A DNA stretch of 64,000 bases from assembly GCA_015069165.1 (NCBI GenBank), contig SVJD01000006.1, positions 2,276 to 66,275 on the forward strand, written 5' to 3'. Below, piece after piece: positions 22,623 to 30,790 of this stretch. Position numbers and translations under genes: made by a program. Each line of letters starts with the position of its first letter. Position 1 is the stretch's first letter. The notes below the pieces were generated by a model that was not told where the DNA came from, did not search any database, and worked only from the letters and a program-made list of their open reading frames with translations. The stretch comes from Oscillospiraceae bacterium. GTDB lineage: Bacteria; Bacillota; Clostridia; UBA1212; UBA1255.

Positions 22623-23459
22623 ATGATTATTTATTTTGCGGAGAAAAGAATGAAACGATTTATGGATTTTAAAAAGGTAATATTTATAATATTTGTTATA
22701 ACTTTTATTGCTGTTTTAAGTATGAATTTTGTTTGGGCAGAAACGGCAGTACCGACAAATGAGCCCACAAATGAGCCGGTAAGTGAACCGACAAAATCCC
22801 CGAATGTTATATATTCAATAGGCGATTTTAAATTGACGGCTCAATATGAAGATAAAAGAAATGTAAATGAAAATTTGGCCATAAATGTAAAAAAATCAAA
22901 CATTAATACTTTGTCGCCGCAAATAATACAATCAATAAGAGCACAAGAGGGAGATAAGGATATTTTTGTATATTTTGAGCTTGAATTACAAATGAACGGA
23001 AGAAAAGTTTCGCCTGATACAACTCTTGATATTGAAATTGAAAATGTTGATGTTTTTGAAAAATACCAAAAAATAACCATATTCAGTATATCTGAAAACG
23101 AAGTTTTAAAGATTTTTCCGGAATCGGAAACAGAAAAAGCTAAATTCAGCTCATTTACTTTAGGCAAATTTGTTGCGGCAGGAGTTTTGAATCCGGAAGC
23201 TTCTCCGGAAGCGGAGAGTACAGCGGGAGCTACTCCGACTTTACAAAACAGCGAGACAGCGGGTATAATACCTACGGATAATCATTCATCAACAAATAAG
23301 AACAATAACGGTGATTCCATTTCGGCAGGAGCATTTGTTTTTTGGTTACTTGCAGCGTTAGTGATAGGTATTTGGGTAGGTATGGTTATCGGATATGCAT
23401 TGTGGGGACGCTACAAAACAAAAAAGATACAAAGAGGCCCGTATATAATAGGTGAATAA
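22623..23459 (+). CDS. Secreted/membrane-anchored protein with Pro/Thr linkers
   Basis: Signal peptide (FVWA), PTNEPT repeats, C-terminal TM helix and basic tail. Confidence 0.65.
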   Translation: MIIYFAEKRMKRFMDFKKVIFIIFVITFIAVLSMNFVWAETAVPTNEPTNEPVSEPTKSPNVIYSIGDFKLTAQYEDKRNVNENLAINVKKSNINTLSPQIIQSIRAQEGDKDIFVYFELELQMNGRKVSPDTTLDIEIENVDVFEKYQKITIFSISENEVLKIFPESETEKAKFSSFTLGKFVAAGVLNPEASPEAESTAGATPTLQNSETAGIIPTDNHSSTNKNNNGDSISAGAFVFWLLAALVIGIWVGMVIGYALWGRYKTKKIQRGPYIIGE

Positions 23460-24051
23460 TTTGATTGCGGAGAGTAAAATGGCAGATAAAAATATCAAAA
23501 AAACAAATACTTCAAAAAAATTATTGCTGATTTTAATGTCGGTATTGCTTGTGTTTTCTATACTTTTTCACACTACAGCTGTTTTCGCAGCAACGGCTTC
23601 ACCGACGAAAAGTCTGACAACACCCGAGGGCACAGGTATTATAAATAATCCTTTGATTACACCCAAAGTGACGCCTTCTGCATCTGCATCCGTTTCGCCT
23701 TCGCCTTCTCCGACGGCAACAAAGGAGCCTGAATTTTTGCAGGATTTTACTATTCCTCCTTTGAAAGAAACAGAAGCTCCTAATGAAAACTCAAATGTGA
23801 ACAATATAGCTAAACCCGATTCTGCAGGAGCTACTATAGGACTTGTACAGGTAGATAATATTGAAGCAAAAAGACCTTTTATGTGGTCAGATTTAATAAA
23901 GTACCTTGCTTATGTCTTTTTTGCCTTAGCTATAGTAGCTGTATTATATGGTCTTGCAAGCATGGCGGCACTTATTTTCTTTAAAAAGGACATTACGTTG
24001 GCAGGTATGCGTAAGCGTAAAAAAGATAACAAAAAGAAGAATAAAAAATGA
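23452..24051 (+). CDS. Ser/Pro/Thr-rich surface protein with C-terminal TM
   Basis: Signal peptide (AVFA), SPSPSPTAT tract, TM helix, Lys-rich tail. Confidence 0.65.
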   Translation: MNNLIAESKMADKNIKKTNTSKKLLLILMSVLLVFSILFHTTAVFAATASPTKSLTTPEGTGIINNPLITPKVTPSASASVSPSPSPTATKEPEFLQDFTIPPLKETEAPNENSNVNNIAKPDSAGATIGLVQVDNIEAKRPFMWSDLIKYLAYVFFALAIVAVLYGLASMAALIFFKKDITLAGMRKRKKDNKKKNKK

Positions 24052-24842
24052 TAATTTTAACAATCATAGCTTGTATTTTTATGTATATACAGGCAAAAAA
24101 AGTTATTTTAAAAAGTATAAAATCAGATTTAGGTGTTAAAACTGTTTTAATTTCAGATTTACATTTTGATATTTCTTTGGTTGACCGTAAGAAAATTATT
24201 GATATGGTAAGCAGTGAAGAGCCGGAAATAATTGCCATTACCGGCGATTTATGCAGCAATATGAAAAATTTTCATAAAGTGGAAGATTTTTTGCGTAATT
24301 TATCCGAAAGGAACAGTTGTCCTATTTTAATTACGTTAGGCAACCATGACAATAAAATATTTAAAAATACGGGGTATAGTAAAGAAGAATATATCAAGAA
24401 TTTAGAAAAAACAGGAAATTTTGTGCGTGTTTTGGAAAATGATGAATTTGAGTATAAAGATGTGTTATTTTGCGGTCTCGGAGATATAAAAACAAATCAA
24501 GAAGATTGCGGCAAACTTACAAAAAATTGGCATCAAAAAGCTAAAGAAAAAAACAAAAAGTTTGTTTTACTTACTCATAATCCGGATATGGCATTGCATG
24601 TAGACAGCAAAAATGCTCCTGATATAATGCTTGCGGGACATACTCACGGCGGTCAAATGAAAATTCCGTTCAACATTGAGTTTGCTTTGTTAAAAAAAGA
24701 CATTTTACCCAAAAAGAAAATTTTTTACGGGGGAAAAGAGTATAACGGTATAAAAATGTATATAACTTCCGGAATAGGTTGCTCGGGAGTGCCTTTTAGA
24801 TTTCGTTCTGTTGCGGAGATTGCGGTTTTTAAATCAATTTGA
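24048..24842 (+). CDS. Metallophosphoesterase (calcineurin-like)
   Basis: SDLH, TGD, GNHD, THNPD, GHTHGGQ. Confidence 0.9.
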   Translation: MIILTIIACIFMYIQAKKVILKSIKSDLGVKTVLISDLHFDISLVDRKKIIDMVSSEEPEIIAITGDLCSNMKNFHKVEDFLRNLSERNSCPILITLGNHDNKIFKNTGYSKEEYIKNLEKTGNFVRVLENDEFEYKDVLFCGLGDIKTNQEDCGKLTKNWHQKAKEKNKKFVLLTHNPDMALHVDSKNAPDIMLAGHTHGGQMKIPFNIEFALLKKDILPKKKIFYGGKEYNGIKMYITSGIGCSGVPFRFRSVAEIAVFKSI

Positions 24843-24897
24843 CAACGATAATTTGCTTTGTTATATTATCTGTATTATTTTCGAAAGGGGAATACCC

Positions 24898-26760
24898 ATG
24901 AAAAAGAAATTGTTTTGTTTATTTATTGCTTTTTCTATGATATTTGGGTTAGTGGCTTGCGATAGTATGACCGGCAACAAAAATCAAAAAAAGAAAAATG
25001 TAAGATATGAAGGACCGTTTGTAGAATTAAACGGCGAGTATGGCGGCACAGATGATTTGGGGCGCGAAATTAACGGTTTTACTGACGTGGGAGCTGCAAA
25101 AAATAGAAAAGTGGGTATTTTCTATTTTCTGTGGATGGGCGAACACGGAACAAGCGGCCCTTATGATAACAGTAAAATAGTAAAAAATAATTCAAAAGCA
25201 CTCACTTCTGAGAAAAATTGGATGGCAGCAGGCGGCGGTCCTCAAACAGTACACCATTTTTGGGGCGAACCCCTTTTTGGTTATTACCTTTCTACTGATG
25301 AATGGGTAATGAGAAAACATGTGCAAATGCTCACGGATGCCGGAGTTGACTTTATCGTTTTTGATGCGACCAATGGATTTTCATATACTGCAAGAGTGGA
25401 AGAACTTATTAAAATTTGGTATGAATACCTTGAAAAAGGCATAGATGTTCCCAAATTGGCTTTTTATACAAATACTAATTCCGGCGCAACAATGCAGGAA
25501 ATTTATAACAAAATATATAATAGCCAAAGATTAAACAAAAAATATCCCAGACTTTCCGAACTTTGGTATAACTGGGATGGAAAGCCTATGATTGTAGGTA
25601 AATCTTATGAAGCATCGGCTGAAATAAAAGAATATTTTACGCTTAAAGAGTCACAGTGGCCAAACAGAGACAGAGGGGACAACGGTTTTCCCTGGATGGA
25701 ATTTGACAGATCACTTACAAAAGATTCAATTTACGGCAAAGATGGCAGAAAAGAAGTTATGAATGTTTCCGTTGCGCAACATTCCGACACTGTACGCTTT
25801 AGCAGTACGGCATGGTACGGCGGAAATGACAGAACGAGAAGCTGGCATGACGGCAAGAACGATACATCTGAAAATGCTGTTTTGTATGGTTACAACTTTG
25901 CAGAGCAGTGGGAGTATGCAATAGCACAAGACCCTGAAATGATATTTATTACCGGTTGGAATGAATGGGTTGCACAGAGGCAAAAGCCTTCCGGAAATGA
26001 GCAAATTGTTTTCGTAGATTGCGCGGATTATAACACAAGCCGAGATATTGAGCCTGCGGCAAGCGTTTTCGGAGATAATTACTATATGCAAATGGTAGAT
26101 TATATCAAAAAATATAAAGGTTCGGAGGGACGCGTTTATGTGGGTGACGACAAAACTATAGACATAAACGGAGATTTCAGCCAGTGGGAAGATGCGGCAA
26201 TTTCGGCAAAATATAAAGACTATGACAACGATATTGTTGACAGAAATCAAGCCGGTTTCGGCGATGAAAGATACATAAACAAAACAGGACGAAATGACAT
26301 TGTCAATATGAAAGTTGCCCACGACAAAGAGTATGTTTATTTTTATGTTGATACTGTAAAGGATTTAACTGATTCTGCCGACGAAAATTGGATGACGCTT
26401 TTTATAAATTCAGGTGCAGAAGGCAACAAGAATTGGTACGGTTATGATTTTGCGGTCAATGTAACCTCGCCCGACGGAAATTCAGGCGTGCTTTCAAAGG
26501 TCGGCGGAAACGGTTGGAATTGGGAAAACGCAGGAACGGTTCAAATGAAAATCGAAGGCAACAAAATGATGCTTGCAATATCGAGAAACGATTTGGGAAT
26601 TCCTGACAATGAAGGAAAAACACTTATTGATATTCAGTTTAAATGGGCAGACAATTATCAAAAGGATGAAAACGGTAAGTTTGAGGTATGGACGTTCTAT
26701 TCCGACGGAGATGCGGCACCTTACGGCAGACTGAATTACATTTACTCAGAAAAAGCATAA
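24898..26760 (+). CDS. Lipoprotein with GH99/GH71-like glycoside hydrolase domain
   Basis: Lipobox LVAC after ATG 24898; VGIFYFLW, WGEPLFGYY, AGVDF, ITGWNEW. Confidence 0.6.
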   Translation: MKKKLFCLFIAFSMIFGLVACDSMTGNKNQKKKNVRYEGPFVELNGEYGGTDDLGREINGFTDVGAAKNRKVGIFYFLWMGEHGTSGPYDNSKIVKNNSKALTSEKNWMAAGGGPQTVHHFWGEPLFGYYLSTDEWVMRKHVQMLTDAGVDFIVFDATNGFSYTARVEELIKIWYEYLEKGIDVPKLAFYTNTNSGATMQEIYNKIYNSQRLNKKYPRLSELWYNWDGKPMIVGKSYEASAEIKEYFTLKESQWPNRDRGDNGFPWMEFDRSLTKDSIYGKDGRKEVMNVSVAQHSDTVRFSSTAWYGGNDRTRSWHDGKNDTSENAVLYGYNFAEQWEYAIAQDPEMIFITGWNEWVAQRQKPSGNEQIVFVDCADYNTSRDIEPAASVFGDNYYMQMVDYIKKYKGSEGRVYVGDDKTIDINGDFSQWEDAAISAKYKDYDNDIVDRNQAGFGDERYINKTGRNDIVNMKVAHDKEYVYFYVDTVKDLTDSADENWMTLFINSGAEGNKNWYGYDFAVNVTSPDGNSGVLSKVGGNGWNWENAGTVQMKIEGNKMMLAISRNDLGIPDNEGKTLIDIQFKWADNYQKDENGKFEVWTFYSDGDAAPYGRLNYIYSEKA

Positions 26761-26787
26761 AAACGGAAAAATGTAATAAATTGGAGC

Positions 26788-26826
26788 GGCGTAGCGAACA
26801 AAAATTGTTTGCTACGTCTTTTTTTT
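26788..26826 (+). terminator. Intrinsic terminator
   Basis: GGCGTAGCGAACAA..TTGTTTGCTACGTC followed by a T-tract. Confidence 0.75.
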
Positions 26827-26841
26827 GTGTTATAATAGACT

Positions 26842-28473
26842 TTGGACAAATTTAATGATGTGAATGGGGTGCTAATTATGTTTTACAGAGCAGTGGCAGC
26901 AACATGCCCGGGAAACAATAAAGAATATAACAGCAATAATATATACCTGAATTCAAAATACATAACAGAAGAATATAAGTCATCCGAGATTCTTTTAAGA
27001 CAGAAAAGAGAGCAGGAGGGTCTTCAGTTTTATGCAATATCTGAGGGTTTCGGCGCAGAGCGTTATGCAGATGAGGCTTCTTTACTTACAGTTAAAAAGC
27101 TCGCAGAGCTTCAAGCAAAAGTAGGAGCGGATAAAATAAGTGCCGAATATGACGAAGCTGCAGACATTTTGTATTCATATATGGAAGAATTTGTAAACAG
27201 CGCAAATGAATCTGTAACATCAAAAGCAACGGAACTTTCCAACAGAGATGTTTTGGCTTCTGTAGCTGCAGTTGCAATATATGAGAATGCTATTATTACT
27301 TGTAATTTGGGAAATACCAGAATTTTCCTTTTCAGGAAAGGCAAGTTAAGCAAACTTTCAGAAGAACAAAATCATGCATACATGATGTTCAAAAACGGTA
27401 TCATCGATGAAACAAGATTGCAAACTCACTCAAAGAGAAACAAGCTCACGCAATATCTCGGAATACTCCCCGATGAAATGCAACCGGAGCCGTATTATTC
27501 CGAAGCAGAAGTTAAACACGGAGATATTTTCGTAATTTGCAGTAGTTCTTTCTGTGACAATGTTTCAGAAGAAAGCCTTTGCGAAATGATAAAAAATTCA
27601 AAGAGCTTGAGCCAAATTATAGATAAAATGATGACGGCGGCAGCAGAAAAAGGCTTTGAAAAAGATACTTCCGTTATGGTTATCAGAGCTGATTCTCACG
27701 AAAAGGCAGCAGCTGTTGTGACGGGCGGAGCGGCAAGTGCCGCAGCCGGAGCTGCAGCAGGTGTTGGCGCGGCAAAGGCATCAAATGATAAAAACAATAC
27801 GGAAAATAAAGAAGAAGATTCAAAAGGAACTTTTTTGGATAAAGTTAAAAATTTCCTGGGATTTGGTTCTACTGCCGAAAATGAAAAAATTTGGCCTGCA
27901 ATAGTAACTTTTGTTTGTTGCATTTTGGTAGTAATTGTTTTAGCTATTTTGGGCGTGAAGATATATAATGCTTCTAAGGATCCGGGCAGTGAACCTACCA
28001 AAGATCCCATAAGTACAATCGAACCTACCTCGGAAGTTACGGGAACTCCTACAGATGCTCCGGTAAGTTCAGAGCCTACTGAAATTGTTACAGAAGCTCC
28101 TACGCAGGGAATTACAACGGAAGCTCCTACAGAAACACCTGCAGCTACTGAAGTAACTACACAAGCACCTGCTACACAAACACCTACACGAGTTCCTACG
28201 CAAGCACCTGCTACACCGACGCCTACACGAGCTCCCACACAAGCTCCTGTGACACAGTCACCCACACAAACTCCTACTGTAGAACCTACACAGGAACCTA
28301 CAGCAGAACCTGCAACGGAAGCTCCTACAGCAGAACCCACAGCAGAGCCTACGGAAACTCCTTCCGAAGAGCCTACAGAAGTTCCGTCAACAGAAGAGCC
28401 TGTAACAACACCTGAGGCTACAGAGGAAATTCCGTCGGAACCTACACCAAACGGCGAAGAAATAACACAGTAA
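26842..28473 (+). CDS. PP2C-like (degenerate) domain + TM + Pro/Thr/Glu-rich extracellular tail
   Basis: PP2C motif spacing (AISEGFG, NLGNTRIF, NKLTQYLG, GDIFVICSS), TM IWPAIVTFVCC.., ~165-aa P/T/E tail. Start may be ATG 26878. Confidence 0.75.
   Translation: MDKFNDVNGVLIMFYRAVAATCPGNNKEYNSNNIYLNSKYITEEYKSSEILLRQKREQEGLQFYAISEGFGAERYADEASLLTVKKLAELQAKVGADKISAEYDEAADILYSYMEEFVNSANESVTSKATELSNRDVLASVAAVAIYENAIITCNLGNTRIFLFRKGKLSKLSEEQNHAYMMFKNGIIDETRLQTHSKRNKLTQYLGILPDEMQPEPYYSEAEVKHGDIFVICSSSFCDNVSEESLCEMIKNSKSLSQIIDKMMTAAAEKGFEKDTSVMVIRADSHEKAAAVVTGGAASAAAGAAAGVGAAKASNDKNNTENKEEDSKGTFLDKVKNFLGFGSTAENEKIWPAIVTFVCCILVVIVLAILGVKIYNASKDPGSEPTKDPISTIEPTSEVTGTPTDAPVSSEPTEIVTEAPTQGITTEAPTETPAATEVTTQAPATQTPTRVPTQAPATPTPTRAPTQAPVTQSPTQTPTVEPTQEPTAEPATEAPTAEPTAEPTETPSEEPTEVPSTEEPVTTPEATEEIPSEPTPNGEEITQ
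28159..28275 (+). repeat. Three imperfect 39-bp coding tandem repeats
   Basis: TQAPATQTPTRVP / TQAPATPTPTRAP / TQAPVTQSPTQTP. Confidence 0.75.
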
Positions 28474-28511
28474 GTTTTAATATAACAGCAGAAAGGACAG
28501 TATCAGAAAAA

Positions 28512-29024
28512 ATGGAACATTGTCAAAATTGCAAATGTAATGAAAAACACGATTATACTTTATTGGCACCGGTTATGGAAGAATATGCCAAAGTACCGGG
28601 AAGTCTTATAACAATACTTCAGCACGCGCAGGAAATATACGGATATTTGCCTACTGATGTGTTGTGGCACATAGCAGAAGAAACAGGAATTAAACCTGCA
28701 AAAGTTTTGGGCGTAGCTACGTTCTATACACAATTCCGCTTTAAACCTGTGGGAAAATACTTGATTTTGTTATGCTGCGGTACTGCTTGCCATGTAAACG
28801 GAGCTAAGAAAATAGAAGAAACAATTTGTGAAGAATTGGGAATAAAAGACGGCGATACAACAGATGATGGTTTATTTTCATTGAAAGTTGTTGCTTGTCT
28901 CGGATGTTGCAGCCTTTCACCTGTTATGATGATTAACGATGAAACATACGGTTCCCTTACTCCCGATAAGGTAAAGAAGATTTTAAAAGAGTTAAGAGAG
29001 AAAAGTGAGGCTGAAAATAAATGA
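28512..29024 (+). CDS. NuoE/HydC-like [2Fe-2S] subunit (StnA-like)
   Basis: VATFYTQF, CCGTACHV, ACLGCCSLSPV. Confidence 0.9.
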   Translation: MEHCQNCKCNEKHDYTLLAPVMEEYAKVPGSLITILQHAQEIYGYLPTDVLWHIAEETGIKPAKVLGVATFYTQFRFKPVGKYLILLCCGTACHVNGAKKIEETICEELGIKDGDTTDDGLFSLKVVACLGCCSLSPVMMINDETYGSLTPDKVKKILKELREKSEAENK

Positions 29025-30763
29025 AGATAGTAATCGGACAAGGCAGCTGCGGAATTGCGGCAGGTGCAGGAAAAATTTATGATTATTTAAAAGAGAATAC
29101 AAGCTTTGCAGAGATTTCTATAACCGGATGTATAGGTATGTGTTATTTGGAGCCTATCGTAGATGTAATAGACGATGGAAAGAAGCGCACATATTGCAAA
29201 GTAAGTGCAGATATTTTGCCGGAGTTTTCAAAGGCACTGGAAGAAAAGAATTTCGACAGCGAAATACTTAAAAAGTATGAGCTTAAAGACGAAGACAGAG
29301 AATTTTTGGAAAAACAGACAAGAATTGCCTTGAGAAACTGCGGAATTATCAATCCCGAAAGTATTGATGATTATATTGAAGCAGGCGGCTACAAAGCTCT
29401 TACAAAAGTTTTGGGCGAAATGACACCTGAACAAGTAATCGATGTAATAAAAACTTCCGGTCTTGCAGGCCGCGGAGGTGCAGGATTCCCCACTTGGTTT
29501 AAGTGGAATGCGGCAAGACAGTCACAAAGCGAACAAAAATATTTGATTTGTAATGCCGACGAGGGAGATCCGGGAGCATTCATGGACAGAGCAGTTATTG
29601 AGAGTGACCCCCACAACCTTATTGAGGGTATGCTCATTGGCGCGTATGCAATCGGTGCAAGTGAAGCGGTTGTTTACGTTCGTGCGGAATACCCGCTTGC
29701 TATTGTTCGTCTTACAAATGCTATTAAACAAGCAGAAGAACGCGGATTCTTAGGTGAAAATATTGCAGGAAGCGGTTTTTCTTGCAAAATGAGAATTAAA
29801 GCAGGTGCAGGCGCATTTGTTTGCGGTGAGGAAACAGCACTTATTGAATCTTTGGAAGGTCAAAGAGGTATGCCCAGACTTAAACCTCCTTTCCCTGCAC
29901 AAAAAGGTTATTGGCAGCAACCATCTAATATAAATAACGTAGAAACTTTTGCAAATGTTGCTTGGATTTTGGCAAACGGCGGTGAAGCTTTTGCTGCAAT
30001 GGGAACAGAAGACAGCAAAGGAACTAAAGTTTTCGCTCTTACAGGAAAAATCAAAAGAGGCGGTCTTGTTGAGATTCCTATGGGTAAAACACTTCGCGAT
30101 GTTATTTACGATATCGGCGGCGGTATAAGAAACGACAAAGAATTTAAAGCAGTTCAGATGGGTGGCCCTTCGGGCGGATGTATCCCCACAGAACTTTTGG
30201 ATACTGTTATTGATTATAAAAAACTTTCCGCAACAGGTGCTATTATGGGCTCCGGCGGAATGGTTGTTATGGATGAGACAACTTGTATGGTAGACATGGC
30301 AAGATTTTTCCTTGATTTTACAACAAAGGAATCTTGCGGAAAATGTATTCACTGCCGTATAGGAACAAAACGTATGTTGGAAATCCTTAACAGAATTGTA
30401 AACGGAGAAGGACGCGACGGAGATATTGAGTTACTGGAAGAATTGTGTCTTACAATTAAAGATGGTGCTCTTTGCGGTCTCGGTCAAACAGCTCCAAACC
30501 CGGTACTTACAACGATTAAATATTTCCGCAATGAATATGAAGCTCATATTTATGATAAGAAATGTCCCGCAGGACACTGCGCAAGTCTGATTACATATCA
30601 GATAGATCCCGATAAGTGCCGCGGATGTACTCTTTGTGCAAGACAGTGCCCCGTTGGAGCTATTTCCGGAAAAGTAAAAGAGCCTCATGTAATTGATACA
30701 GAAAAATGTATTAAGTGCGGCAAATGTAAAGAATCCTGTAAATTCGGCGCAATTCATGTTTGA
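29021..30763 (+). CDS. NuoF/HydB-like FMN/NADH-binding subunit with C-terminal 2x[4Fe-4S] (StnB-like)
   Basis: GRGGAGFP, NADEGDPG, FVCGEETAL, ESCGKCIHCR, two C-terminal ferredoxin motifs. Confidence 0.9.
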   Translation: MKIVIGQGSCGIAAGAGKIYDYLKENTSFAEISITGCIGMCYLEPIVDVIDDGKKRTYCKVSADILPEFSKALEEKNFDSEILKKYELKDEDREFLEKQTRIALRNCGIINPESIDDYIEAGGYKALTKVLGEMTPEQVIDVIKTSGLAGRGGAGFPTWFKWNAARQSQSEQKYLICNADEGDPGAFMDRAVIESDPHNLIEGMLIGAYAIGASEAVVYVRAEYPLAIVRLTNAIKQAEERGFLGENIAGSGFSCKMRIKAGAGAFVCGEETALIESLEGQRGMPRLKPPFPAQKGYWQQPSNINNVETFANVAWILANGGEAFAAMGTEDSKGTKVFALTGKIKRGGLVEIPMGKTLRDVIYDIGGGIRNDKEFKAVQMGGPSGGCIPTELLDTVIDYKKLSATGAIMGSGGMVVMDETTCMVDMARFFLDFTTKESCGKCIHCRIGTKRMLEILNRIVNGEGRDGDIELLEELCLTIKDGALCGLGQTAPNPVLTTIKYFRNEYEAHIYDKKCPAGHCASLITYQIDPDKCRGCTLCARQCPVGAISGKVKEPHVIDTEKCIKCGKCKESCKFGAIHV

Positions 30764-30790
30764 TTGTGTAAGAGGAAAGGAAGAATTGAA

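Noticed and set aside
27696-28340. 214-aa minus-strand ORF (Val/Gly-rich)
   Set aside because: Antisense shadow of the Pro/Thr repeat region
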